31,874 nucleotides of DNA from Mesotaenium endlicherianum (Eukaryota), in contig WELA01001020.1 of the NCBI GenBank assembly GCA_009602735.1, positions 119,392 through 151,265 on the forward strand, given 5' to 3'. Made by a program: the position numbers and the translations under genes. The notes beneath the pieces were generated by a model. The model saw nothing but the letters and a program-made list of their open reading frames with translations. It was not told the origin of the DNA and searched no databases. This document shows positions 1-17,341 of this stretch, in pieces (position 1 is the stretch's first letter; each line of letters starts with the position of its first letter).

Positions 1-1370
1 TGACCTTTGTAAGAGAATGTAAAGATTCCGATTATGTTGCACTCAGAAGATAGTCAAGGAGTGGTGCAGTGATGATGCAACATCACTTTATTTAGATGTA
101 TGCAGGCGACACAAAGCTTCATGCTTTTGTCACTGCTTCTTTCTGTGATAGGTCCAGCCTGGTCTGCAAAATACATTTGACAGAAAAGTTCCAGCCACTA
201 ATGTCTCGAATGTATCACCAACTATTTGTCGATTTTCAGCTTAAATGAAGACAGTTCTTACTATGGTGGATACTGATACAGAACTTAGCAAGACAAATGC
301 GAGGCACTACTAAATGATAGAATGAAATACTTTCCAACATATATAACACTCTTAAGAACATAGCGTAAGCAAGACATCCTACACCTGCTGTTCAATGATA
401 GATGTTCTAGGTATGATGTCACTTGATGACAATATAAGGCTGACCCGCAAGGCACCCATTTATGGTCAGCTTGCCTTCTGAGCCGAAAATAAGAGTTGGT
501 CAACATATTGGACAAGCGCCTGTAAAGAATCTGTTTCTTATTTCTGAGATTAAGATGCCCTTTCTAGATAGATGACAAAAAATGCCACATGAAAGCAAGA
601 CCACGGTATATTGGGACACAGATGCATGTATACTTTCCACTGAACGACCTACCTGATGTTTGTTCCTGCCTGCATATCCCCGAGATGGCAGATCTTCCAA
701 AAGAATATTTGCAAGATGTCCTTGTTGCTGCATTAAATTGGCAACCCCAGCATCATGTAGTTTTGACCCCCCAAGAGCACAGCCAAAGCCGATACAGAGT
801 TCGCAATTGGCAAAAAGGCTTGGTCCAACCTGGCAGACCATACCTCCAGTGAGAATGCAAGACAAAAATGGAGCTCCAACAGGAGTTCCTTCTAAACATC
901 CCCCATGCACATTTCACCATAGAAAAGGTTCACAGCTATTTTTTGCCGCTACCCAATTCCAGGTGACCAAGATGTTCTTTGAAATGACAGCCCACAAGTC
1001 GTGTGGGCACCCTTTACTTCTGAGCAGCATATTACATTGTACAATAAACTTCAACTCCTGCCTCATCTACTTTATTGTTTAGCACAAAAATAGCTTGACT
1101 ATGCTTCGAGTAAATACCATGCCGAAATCATTCACGTCGGATATTCTTATGTTGACCAAGCAGCAACATATGTGACCCCACATGGCTTCTAGATCAGGTA
1201 AGTGCTTGCTGGTTATACCTGTGCTTATCTGGTTTATGAAGCTAATGCCTACTACAGACTGAGAGACAGACGCTACTGGAAACTGGTTTGAAGAAGAAGT
1301 CAACCTTCAAGATGTGGGCAGAAACGAACCTTAGGAAAAGTATGCCATCTCTGAGCTCAGACTGACCACT

Positions 1371-3487
<2,117 letters not shown>

Positions 3488-5737
3488 TGTCGCGAAGTTG
3501 GGAACAAACTATGGCAGATTTAGGAAGTAAGGGTCGTCGCCGCCTCTGTAAAGCTTTGGAAGTGAAGATGAAATATAAATGTCAGGAAGTGTAGACTTTA
3601 AATTCTCGAAGATTGCTATTGATTCGACTTTGCCCAACGATCTCCGGCGACGTGATGTGCACACGACGTTCTTGGCCCGTCCTGCTCCGTTTCCTTCTAG
3701 GCGATCTGTTAAGAAGTTTCCACAGTCGCGCAGTGATGGTTAGTCGACACGTTACTAGACACTAAAAACTGCGACTAAAATTGATCGCCGATTTTGACCT
3801 CGATAGCGCCAATATAAGGGTAGAGAAAAACCGATCACTTACCGTTCTATGCCCATGCACCCTCTACGCATCTTCTCCCGCCAAAATCCGCTGCTAGTAA
3901 TGAAGAATATAAAAAAATATTTTGATACCGATAAATATTACTGAATGTAGTCACATCTAATATTCGAGTCAGCGTGAACCATGCAGTTTACTTGGCTTGG
4001 CGCGCGATTTTGCAGACTCGACTCGTCACGACTCAACGTCACTCGACATACGCGACTCTAGTGGCTCTTGGCGTTCAAGCTGGTTCAAGCAGTTCAAGCC
4101 AGTTTAAGCAATCCTACCGTGCATCGCCCTCGATGCATTTACGCCTTGCTCCTTCTTACTGGTAGTATCGTACCACTCGATACTCTGCATCGAATGGTTA
4201 CTCTACATCGAAGAAGAACAGGGGAGAGGTCGCGTCGTATTTTGCTCTCACTGGCTTAATTTTACTAAGCCTACACGCGCAAGCTAGACATGCACGATGC
4301 AAATATGCTAGCGTGTTAAATGACGGGACAAAATAAATAACAGATTTAAAAATATATAAAGCGTTGCACATAGAGGTGGGCACATGCAGTTGCACAGGCA
4401 TGCATGCCTTTGAGGGGAGTGAACGTCGTAATGTACAGCATCGGATGCTAGTAACGAACGGTCTCCCGTTGAGCCACTTTTAACCATTTTTCTATGGTCT
4501 ACATGTATATAGAAATTTAATGCACTTTTAAAACATATAAAAATTAAGCGGGTGTATAAACACCCGCTTGCACATCGAGGATGCAAATCGAGAGTAGAGA
4601 GAGACTCATAGCCTCTCTCTTTCTTTCATTTCATAAGACATGCACTCTTCTTCATTTAGCACGCAGTTGCCAAGTGACAAGCAGAGTGCAGATACAAGCA
4701 TACCCATCCACCCAAAAAATTAAAAATATTGCAAGGTGCACAGATACAAGCCATATATTGATCCTAAATATTAGAAAGATGTGACAACAGCATGTGCTAA
4801 CAATTCTGTATTGCAACAGACAGAGACCAGAAAAAAAATTTGTGTCTCAAATCCTCACTAACAAATTGAGATGTTTGGTGTTTTGTAAGGAATTCTTGGG
4901 AGTACCTTTGGCAAGAAGAGGTGAACACTACATGTGCCAAGGCACAGGCGTATGGGAAAAATTGGGCCCGCCCTAGACACATAATGAATATCTTATGATT
5001 TTTTCATTTACTCTAGGAGAAGAGCAGCATTGTAATCATTCGTAATTGAAGCGATAGTCACTCAATGACTATGTATAACAGTGGAGCAATAAGCTGAGGA
5101 CTTATGACTAGCTTACAAGTTCTAATACTTGCATAATAAGATGAAGAGAAATCCATAAAAATAATATGTTGGAGGAAAGAGATAGAGAAGAAAAGTAGCT
5201 ACCCTAGCTTCATACTCCTCTATCTCTAAAGACTCACTCCACTTTTCTACTCAGCATCTTTTATCTAATTAAAGCCATACTATCTTCATCTATTTCTATC
5301 TTTCTATAAAATTTCTTATTTTTGAGGCTGTTGCATAGCATATTTTTATCTATATATAATATAAAGATTAATTTTCAGAAAGAGAAAAATGCAGTATTAA
5401 AGTTGGTCTTTCTACTGAGATGTCTAGGAGGGGGTCGGTCTTTATGCCAGGTTCCCAGTGCACCCCACGTTCTGCCAGCAGGTAAATTACTGGGTCGGTT
5501 ACGACGGAGGCGAAGTAAAACTTGGATTGACTGAGATGTGAAGGAACATCATGTTAAGCACGATTCCCTGTCTCCTCATCGATATTTATATGCCCAATTA
5601 AGCCCCTACATAGTCACGTCAAGCCTGCTCGCTACATGCCGAGAACTCATAATCGAAGCATTATGGGTCATAAGCTCTAGTGTTTCTGTAAAATCAAAGG
5701 GCGAAAAAAAAGCTATATTGAATCTTCTCTCTTAGTC

Positions 5738-7658
5738 ATGATTTCTCTTATTTGTCGGACTAGAGCATTTGTATTGACGCTTTCTATTACCTTGTTATTA
5801 GCTCCGTATGTTGATGCCTCTGTCACAATAACCACAGAAGAGAATGCGACGTTTTCTTTTGCCGATGCAGACGCTGCCTTTGGTGAGTCAACTTGACCTG
5901 CCACTCTCTACTTTTGCAAAGCAAGGACGTGGGGTATTCATTCCCTTGGTATCATGTGACTCTTTTTATAAGTTTTCCGTGATGGAAGTGGGACCTCTCG
6001 TTCAGCAAGACCAACTGGGAGAATAGCTTTTCTTATCATTTTTTCCCTCTTTTACTAGCATGCATCAGTTTAGCTCCTGTATGTGAGGCACTGGTGCAAC
6101 TTTATAGCCCAGTCAGAGCAGTAGTCTATCAGATAACCATAGGCTCCAAGGAGTTTTCCGCTCTTGCACCAAACATGTCACCTGGTCTTTGTCAGCGGCT
6201 TGAGTCCAACTGTGGTGGTGGAGACAGTACTTGCTGCAACTCCTTCGCGGCAAGAAGTATCACCCCAGGTAGCCCAGGTTGTTTTTTTCTGACACGTTCA
6301 TTGAGCAAGAGGCAGAATGGGCATATTGAAGCTTATGTCTCGTATGGCAACAGGGAGTGGACTGTCGACCACATACCTTTTCATACACACACGCCTATTC
6401 ACACACGCACAGACAAGCATATAGGTATGTATGCACATTATATCTTGAAGAGTCTAACTCATTGTAGCGTGGTAACACTCTTCATCTCGCCACTATTCTT
6501 TGATCAGGAGGCGTCATACCGGCCGGAGGCATGACAGGGGTGCTCCACAAGGCAGTTCCGCTGGACGCCTGCGCGCCCCTTAAGAACTCGTTCGCAACCG
6601 GCGAGACTGCCTTTGTGCTGATTGAGCGAGGCGGGTGCGTGTTTGACCTCAAGGTGCGCTATGCCCAGCTGGCCGGGTTTAGTGCGGTAGTGGTGTTCAA
6701 CGATGAGCACGGGCGCGAGCTCATCACCAGTGAGTGACTTCCTCTCCGCTCCTCATTTTTTTGTAACACTGCCCCACCCCAGCTCTCCCCCTCCCCCTCC
6801 CCCTNCCACCCCCCTCTCCTGCTGTCAAGTCACACAGTGGATGGCTCACACTGGAGCACGAGCACACATGCGAAAGACTTCTATATGGTAAGGCATGCCT
6901 GCTCTGGAGTGCTGACCTGTCCCACAGACGGCCTGCCAGGTGGTCCACAGTGGGAGGCTTCCAAGCCGGCATGACGATGTCCTTGGCGGGGTCAAAGCAA
7001 GGGTGGCCCCCCCGCATTGCCTGAGGTATGAGCTGCCAGTCGTCGCCTCGATACGCCGTGGTGGAGCGGTTATGCTTGCTCATTGTGTTGCCCCAGTGCG
7101 AGATCATGATGGAGCTCCAGATGGCACTCGGAGCCTCGCACGCGCCCTCATCCCACGCATGCACCTGCACCCCAATGCACCAGCAGCACCTGTGTGCACG
7201 TGAGCTGCCGCTGCCTACACCCCCAAGGAGCGGACGCAACCCTCCCTCCCTCCCTCCCTCCCTCACTCACTCACCTGTCATAACAGGATGATTTGGGTCT
7301 TAGCAATGCATCATACTCGCATTGTTTCTGTGGGCTGCCGTGTCTCCATTGTTCTGCTCCAGAGGGTGCTGCATGTATAGCCCGTAGGCGTGGTCAGGTT
7401 CTTGTCGTGGATACGTGTCATTTCTCAAAGTGATCGGGAGAAGTTGCCTAGTAGTGAATGGCGGGAGTGGGAAACTTCTCAGGACTGCTGCAGTCCAGAG
7501 CCAGTAGGTAGCGGGTGGCATTCAAGGTTGAATCACAGACCGCCTCTGTCCTTTATAGAAGTGGGAGGGAGGGAGAGCTCTTAGAAGATGCTCAAACTGT
7601 TGTCCTCTCTCTCTCTCCCTCTCTTCCTCTCCCCTCCCTCCTCTCTCCCCCACCCCCC

Positions 7659-7694
<36 letters not shown>

Positions 7695-8006
7695 NNNNNN
7701 NNNNNNNNNNNNNNNNNNNNNNNNNNNNNNNNNNNNNNNNNNNNNNNNNNNNNNNNNNNNNNNNNNNNNNNNNNNNNNNNNNNNNNNNNNNNNNNNNNNN
7801 NNNNNNNNNNNNNNNNNNNNNNNNNNNNNNNNNNNNNNNNNNNNNNNNNNNNNNNNNNNNNNNNNNNNNNNNNNNNNNNNNNNNNNNNNNNNNNNNNNNN
7901 NNNNNNNNNNNNNNNNNNNNNNNNNNNNNNNNNNNNNNNNNNNNNNNNNNNNNNNNNNNNNNNNNNNNNNNNNNNNNNNNNNNNNNNNNNNNNNNNNNNN
8001 NNNNNN

Positions 8007-8055
<49 letters not shown>

Positions 8056-9202
8056 AATGTGTGTGTGTGTGCGCGCGCGCGTGTGCACCTTTCCGTGCCC
8101 AGTGTCAGCAAGGAGCGCGTTTGACATTTACATACCCGCGGTGTTTGTGACCAACAACTCGGGCAAGCAACTGCTGTCGGTGATTGACGAGCCGGGCACG
8201 ACGTGCGTCATCTCGCCCAGCTTTGAGAACACGGCGTGGTCCGTCATGGCCGTGTCCTTCATCTCGCTGCTGGCCGTGTCGGCCGTCCTCGCCACCTTCT
8301 TCTTCGTGAGGCGGCATCGCCTGCGCCGCGTCGGGTCGCGCCTGCTGCTGACGCGCGAGCCCGCGGGGATGTCGGCCAGGGACGTCAAGGCCCTGCCATG
8401 TGTCACTTTCAAGGCCGGCCTGGAGGGGGGGGAGGTTTGTTTGGGAGATACGTGCGTCGTCTGCCTGGAGGACTATGAGGACGGGGAGAAGCTTCGCGTG
8501 TTACCCTGCAGGCATGGTAGGGCTTTCATATTCTCTTTGTGCGAATCCTTGCCTGGCAGGAGCATGCAGTCTGCATGTTGGATGACCTGTTGCCTTTTGC
8601 GCTTCGAACAAGACACATGACGGCGGCGGCTTCTGTTGGTCTCTAGTCAACTATTTTGTAAGCCTTATCCATAGTAGCCAAGAATTCTGTACTCATTTGA
8701 ATTTGTCCCATTCTGCTAGTGTATATTTTGGTCCTCGAAGCAAGGCCTTGGGTGCAGGAAAACAATCATCACTAATTTTATGTTTGTGTGTGTTATTGTG
8801 TGCGTGCGCACTTGCGCAGAGTTCCATGTACCATGCATCGACCAGTGGCTGACAACAAGGAGGCCCTTTTGTCCTGTCTGCAAGCGGGATGCTCGTGATA
8901 CAAGTCCTCCCCCTCCTTCCATGAGCAGTCCTCCCCCTCCTTCCTCGAGCACGAGTACGGCTGTCTCTGGTGTTGGGCAAGCAGAAAGTGGGCACGTGGC
9001 TGCCATGTCGAGCAATGCGGGTGCAGCTCCTCCTACATCTTCCTTAGCAACTCCTCTGTTGCTTTCGCAGTCAACGTCAACATCTATTGCTGTGGAAGAT
9101 GGAAGCCTGAGCTCGACCAGACAAGCCAGGAGGCAGCAGGTGCTCCCAGAACCTGCCGCGTTGTTAGGAGCAGACATAGTGGAGGGGGACTCCGCCTGTT
9201 GA
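5738..9202 (+). CDS. RMR: RMR-type receptor homology region (PA domain)-transmembrane-RING-H2 protein, 4 exons, about 387 aa
   Basis: Exons 5738-5882, 6508-6729, 8103-8516, 8820-9202 splice in frame with GT-AG. Signal peptide MISLICRTRAFVLTLSITLLLAPYVDA; PA domain (PLDACAPLKN...FVLIERGGCVFDLKVRYAQLAGFSAVVVFND...IYIPAVFV); TM AWSVMAVSFISLLAVSAVLATFFFV followed by RRHRLRR; RING-H2 [42 protein letters not shown]; Ser/Pro-rich tail. Confidence 0.93.
6917..7164 (-). CDS. Isolated internal exon of an exostosin-family (GT47) glycosyltransferase gene, antisense in RMR intron 2 (partial; possibly misassembled)
   Basis: AG-exon-GT bounded 248-nt block encoding VHAWDEGACEAPSAIWSSIMISHWGNTMSKHNRSTTAYRGDDWQLIPQAMRGGHPCFDPAKDIVMPAWKPPTVDHLAGRLWDR. 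The WDEGAC..P..IW...HWGNT...H.CFDP.KD.V.PAWK pattern is recognised from memory as the EGF-containing plant exostosin subfamily. No other exons found. Confidence 0.8.
7605..8085. repeat. (CT)n and (GT)n/(GC)n microsatellites flanking an assembly gap (N 7695-8006)
   Basis: Directly visible CT dinucleotide runs on both sides of the N run, followed by GT and GC runs. Confidence 0.95.
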
Positions 9203-10451
9203 TTCATGAAGAAAGTGTATCAAAAAACTTTGGTAACAGGGCTACAGTTTCAGGTTCAGCATACTCTGGGCAGCGTCTTGCTGAGGGAGTTTTGTGTACC
9301 ACCTAGTCCTGCGCCCGCTCTTGTCTCTTCTAAGATTTAGAGGCTACCCTTAAAATGTGCTCCTCGTGAGGTGCCAGTACATATAGGTTATGTCGAGCAT
9401 GATAGATGTGTTACTAATTAATGATGGTGCGGTTGCGGAACATGTGCCCAGTCTGTGGGTGTAGCAAGTAGGAAACATAAACAGGTATGTATAATACATA
9501 AATCTGAACTATACAACATAGTAACTGAAAGTTTTGTATTGTACTATCAGGACTTTGTGCACAAGAAACGACTGTGTTGGCCTTGATACCCTTTCAAGAG
9601 TAGTGATCCAGGTTTGACATGCACCATGTATGATAGTATGAGCTGATAAAACACCTATTGACTCACGCGTAAGCAAGGTCGCCATGGATGTGCAAAAGGT
9701 CGTTACACAACCCTTGCCTGTGTGTGAATAATATAGAAGCACGTTAGCTATTTTACATGTTGATCACATGCACCCGTAACTCTTCCTGAACCTTTAATGT
9801 TCAACGACCCTATCCACCCGCACCCAAAGTAACTGCTACCTGCTTTCACTTGCTGCTGGGGCAAACATAGATACTCCTTTCGAAGGGAGTATGAAAATGC
9901 GACTCAATTTACAGGAGTAAAAGTCAGACTAAATGTATGTCTCAACATACAAGAGTATAAATCATACTCAAACAAGTGCTACTTGCTTTGCACCCATCCG
10001 AGTATTCCAGCATTAGAACCACCAACAAATGCACCCATATAATCAAAAAAGCAAAGAAAGTCAATACACACCTCAGTTAACCTGTATGCAAATACATGTG
10101 TTGCCTCAAGAGGTTTTGAAGAGACCACAAAGGCATCAAATCAAGAGACAATAGTAATCAAATCCTTGATACGATAAGTTGCATCATGGCAGGTCACTGA
10201 CCCAAGACTCTGAGAAGTAAGAGGATTGAGTCCTGAACCTATCTGGTCCTCAATTTGCAGGCAGATGATACCACGGTAGTACCGATTCTATCAAGGCCAA
10301 TGTCACAAACTTGTATATATGTACTCGATCAAATTAAGCATGAAAGCATTTGAACTCTTGACTTCTTCCCCCTGTACAAGAAACTAAGGTCCAGGTGATG
10401 AAAAACTACCACTAACCCACCTCCTCAGCACCCCCCAGTATATCCCTAATG

Positions 10452-12716
<2,265 letters not shown>

Positions 12717-13985
12717 GTTTGCTGAAGATTAGGAGAGGAAGAAGACAAGAAACCCAATTAGAGCTACCGGAAGGCTGCAAAGTGCTACAAAAAGGAACGC
12801 ACACTATGTTGCTCCAACAGCCCTCCGGTGTGTCCCTCTGCGGCAGTTCAAATATTAAACTCGACAGAGATGACTGAGTTGGGAATGAAGCAGAATGAAG
12901 GCTACTATGGTATCTCAAGATTTCTGCATTCGAAGTTGCAGGAATGTACGAAGGCTTTGCCCGACGTTGACTGGTCACAAATCGGGCACTCCTGATTGAG
13001 CTTGTCCGATCCATCCGGGCGTTGCCCAGCATTGATCGAAAGCCGATCGAAAACCATGCCAGCATCAGCCAGCCATCAGCCAATATGCTGCCATGTATCG
13101 ACTGCAAAAGGCGGGAAGTAGATATGAAAGACCAATAGCCGGTTGCAGTTTCCGGCAGTCGGCCACAATCGGTAGTGCCAGGCAGTGCAAGTGCTTGTGA
13201 ACCTCGACGATACGCCGGTTGACCAGGTTGACCACTCCCTGAGCATAACGGAACGGTGAATTTGTTCTTCAACTCACCTTCATTCTGACAAGCAAACAGA
13301 CGGTCCCCCACTCGCCGTAAAGCGTGCGAAAGCGTGCAGGGGATCTTGTGATGTGCAGATTGTACAATAGTTGTTCCTGGTTGTTGATAGCTGGTGGTTC
13401 CTGGGACTTGATGTGCATCTGGAAGTGCCAGCATATGCACGGATATGTACGAAATGTGCCAGGATGTACCCCGCATGATGATGTTGGGTTGCTGTCAGCA
13501 TCGAGACGGTCGTCGGCTTTGTAGCGTTTGGTCAAAATTAGTGAAGTACAGTAACTTCAGTGAACTTCAGTGAAATCGAGCGCGGTGTCGGAACTCGGGA
13601 CGGTGTGTGCCACACGATGTTTGTTTGTCTAAAAGTTGGGAGACGCTGTCAACAGCGTCAATCTCAACGAAAGGAGCTTGCGAAATTGCTTGATCGATGT
13701 CGTATACTCAGACCAAGAACCGGCAATTTATTCGCAGTGAAAATGGCCTAAGACTACCCCCATGATCATGGCACCTCAAATTTATACCTACTAGTATATG
13801 ACAAGACATGACCTGGGGTTCACGAAGTGACTAAGTAAGAACAAGTCGATTGCTAATATAGAGGACGGCTTGCAGTTCTCAAGGTTCTAGTGTGTTCCCT
13901 AGACGACGGTTACCAGGTTTCGTGATTCCATCTGTTTCCATCTCTTGGTCTTATAAGTCAAACCAGCGTTGATCGTACTAAAGTC

Positions 13986-16562
13986 ATGCCAGTCCCTGGC
14001 TCTTCAGGCACTTCATGTAGAGACAGGACTGCTGAGTTGTTTTCAATTGTGGAACGACTTCGGAAAGCACCCAGTACTGCTGCCAATGGCGAAAGTAGTC
14101 ATGCTAAGCCAGTTGAAAAACCTTCAGCGTCAAATGCACTTGGAGTCCAGTCAGAATTTAACAAGAAGGCGTCAAGGATTGGCTTAAGCATACATCAAAC
14201 TTCTCAAAAGTTGACAAAGCTCGCAAAGTGTACGCCCTTTCTCACCTCACCTAATTTGTAACTGCCAGTCACCTTGCGTTCATCCTAGCAAGGACATTGA
14301 GTATTAGGCTGACGGGCACGCTTCTGTGTGGTATACCTGTTTCATCAAGTTTTAAATGTAATGCTTGGCGATAGGTGTCCTTATTGGGTTCGTGCGTGTC
14401 CATATGGTTGACACTTTCATATGGTGCTTTGTATGGGTCAGTGGCAAAGAGGACGTCCATGTTTGACGACCCTGCAGCTGAAATACAGGACTTAACTGCA
14501 GTCATCAAACAGGACATCACTGCTCTGAATCAAACCATTGCAGAGTTGCAAATTCTGTGTGATGCTCGAAATAATGGGGTCAACAAGAACAAACATACGA
14601 GTGAGCACTCAACTACAGTAGTGGACAGCCTAAAGAGTCGACTTATGGATACAACAAAGGAGTTCAAGGACGTCCTTACAATGAGAACCGAGGTACTTAT
14701 TACCCCCCTTGAGCTTGAACTTGGTTTCTTTAACATGAGGAGATCAGCTGATCCAGTTGGGATCTGTCCAATGGAGCTATTCGTGAATCATCTTTTGAGT
14801 AACGTGAAGCAATCCTCCCCCATGTTTTACAGCGTGTATGAGCTTGTAGAGGCCGGAACACTGCATAAGCACATCTGCAGAAGGCTTACGGGGAAGGTTT
14901 GATGGTACTTTTGCATAACACTTGCTTGTTTAAGTTTTGAAAAAGTGTAGCTTTAGCTTGGAAAGTGGTCCTTTCCTGAAACATATGAAGTCCCACTTTT
15001 CGTCTGCAGAGCCTGAAGGTTCACGAGAATAGGCGCCAGCTCTTTTCTGCAACAGGCTCAAGCCAACCAGCACCACCTTCCTTTGGTCGGACACGGTCAA
15101 ACTCAAACAGTCAACAACCGCCTCCTTGGGCTGCTGCAAATGGGGCTTCGTCTTCTTCTGCTGCTTCTCAACTTTTCACATCATCTAGGTAAAGTCGGCT
15201 TACTCTATAATGTCGAACAAAAGCAGCTGTAAACGATAATGCCCTTGTTGAATGCCATGCATGTAAATAAGTAAGCAAGTTGTCCATCAATCATCACAAG
15301 CCCTCTTTTGTGTCTCGTGCATTAGGTCAACAATGATTTGGCACCTGGCGCCTGGTCATGTTAGTTTGGAGAAAATGGATGTGGAAATGGCCTGTCTTGG
15401 TGGTTATGGGTTGTGTGGTAGGGGCCAAGTGTCATATCATGCATGTGACTTTGTTGTTCTTGTGTGCCCTTGTTACTGCGTTGGGTCGGCGATTGACTGG
15501 CCCCTTTGTTTTGGATAAAGTTTCCTATTGGACCATAGTGACATCTTGGAAGGCAGTTAGAGGTTTATATGAGTGCACAGCCTGCACACGTAGGTCGATT
15601 GCTATGTACTATGTTGTGATTTCTTTATATAGCATTAACTTTGTCTTTGCGAGGCGACAGTGCTCCCAGACGCCAAGATACATTTGGGCGGCCGAGGCAA
15701 ATGATGCAACAGGAGCTAGTGCCTGCTCAGGACAACTACATGGCAAGCAGAGCAGAAGCACTACATAACGTAGAAGCTACCATTGTGGAGTTGGGGAACA
15801 TATTCAAAGATTTATCAGTGATGGTGCAACAGCAAGGGGAAGTTGCAATCAGGTCAGTTCACAACATTTCCCAACATGTGGAGTGGAAGATAGTTGCAAG
15901 CATTCTTCCACGAAGCTTTAAGCTCTGGCAGCTGATTGCGGGCTACGCTTTCTGTCTTGTACTTTGGACAGTGACGACATTGCAAACAGTTTGGACATAG
16001 AGGATTAAGGGTTTACTCAAAATTAGGGTTGCAATAGGTGTGCATGTATTGCTCTGTATCTCTACGTCTTTGCTTTCTTTCACAGATGGTGTTGCATGGA
16101 ATACTTGGTTGATTTTGGTGCTTAATCAATGATTGTTCTTGAGTCACTTTGGCTACTAGTGACACCTGTCTTACTCAGAGTTGCCCTGGGTTACTATTTG
16201 CTTTGCTATATGCTGACCATCTCATAATCAAACAAGGAACATCTAAACTTGCTTAGAAAACAGCACAGTCGGTTGGTCCCCGTGCATGAGGATGCAATTG
16301 TTCCTCCCTGTAGCTTTGGCCATCGACCGGGGCCACTTTTTTATACCAGGCATTCCTTTTAATGATGCAAAAGGTCATATGACTCTGTACTCGTGCATGC
16401 AGGATTGACCACGACGTTGACGACACGCTGGCGAACGTGGAGGGTGCACAGGGAGCTCTCTTGAAGTACCTGGGCCGGATCTCTTCGAACCGGTGGCTCA
16501 TCATCAAAATATTCTTTGTACTTATTGCATTCTTACTAATATTCGTATTTTTTGTCGCTTAG
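13986..16562 (+). CDS. SYP32: Golgi Qa-SNARE syntaxin (SYP3 / Sed5 / syntaxin-5 family), 5 exons, about 341 aa
   Basis: Exons 13986-14229, 14442-14692, 15010-15188, 15661-15852, 16403-16562 (1026 nt, in frame). N-terminal RDRT peptide; SEFNKKASRIGLSIHQTSQKLTKLAKLAKRTSMFDDP; SNARE motif SRAEALHNVEATIVELGNIFKDLSVMVQQQGEVAIRIDHDVDDTLANVEGAQGALLKYL; C-terminal anchor SSNRWLIIKIFFVLIAFLLIFVFFVA*. Confidence 0.95.
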
Positions 16563-16633
16563 CGTGGCCACTGAGCAGCTCATCCCAGCATCTTCTTGTA
16601 CAATCTAGTTCTGCCCCACTCCTCCCCCCCCCC

Positions 16634-17341
16634 NNNNNNNNNNNNNNNNNNNNNNNNNNNNNNNNNNNNNNNNNNNNNNNNNNNNNNNNNNNNNNNNNNN
16701 NNNNNNNNNNNNNNNNNNNNNNNNNNNNNNNNNNNNNNNNNNNNNNNNNNNNNNNNNNNNNNNNNNNNNNNNNNNNNNNNNNNNNNNNNNNNNNNNNNNN
16801 NNNNNNNNNNNNNNNNNNNNNNNNNNNNNNNNNNNNNNNNNNNNNNNNNNNNNNNNNNNNNNNNNNNNNNNNNNNNNNNNNNNNNNNNNNNNNNNNNNNN
16901 NNNNNNNNNNNNNNNNNNNNNNNNNNNNNNNNNNNNNNNNNNNNNNNNNNNNNNNNNNNNNNNNNNNNNNNNNNNNNNNNNNNNNNNNNNNNNNNNNNNN
17001 NNNNNNNNNNNNNNNNNNNNNNNNNNNNNNNNNNNNNNNNNNNNNNNNNNNNNNNNNNNNNNNNNNNNNNNNNNNNNNNNNNNNNNNNNNNNNNNNNNNN
17101 NNNNNNNNNNNNNNNNNNNNNNNNNNNNNNNNNNNNNNNNNNNNNNNNNNNNNNNNNNNNNNNNNNNNNNNNNNNNNNNNNNNNNNNNNNNNNNNNNNNN
17201 NNNNNNNNNNNNNNNNNNNNNNNNNNNNNNNNNNNNNNNNNNNNNNNNNNNNNNNNNNNNNNNNNNNNNNNNNNNNNNNNNNNNNNNNNNNNNNNNNNNN
17301 NNNNNNNNNNNNNNNNNNNNNNNNNNNNNNNNNNNNNNNNN
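16634..17341. other. Assembly gap flanked by poly-C
   Basis: Run of N bases with C homopolymers on both sides. Smaller gaps at 20069-20114 and 20453-20482; single Ns at 6805, 24066, 24800 and 25826. Confidence 0.99.

Noticed and set aside
285..1303. Short overlapping ORFs downstream of tubulin A
   Set aside because: No recognisable domain or consistent spliced frame; probably 3' UTR or intergenic.
14016..14045. Syntaxin N-peptide RDRTAEL rather than RDRTxEF
   Set aside because: As I recall, Leu at this position also occurs in plant SYP31-type proteins, so it is not evidently novel.
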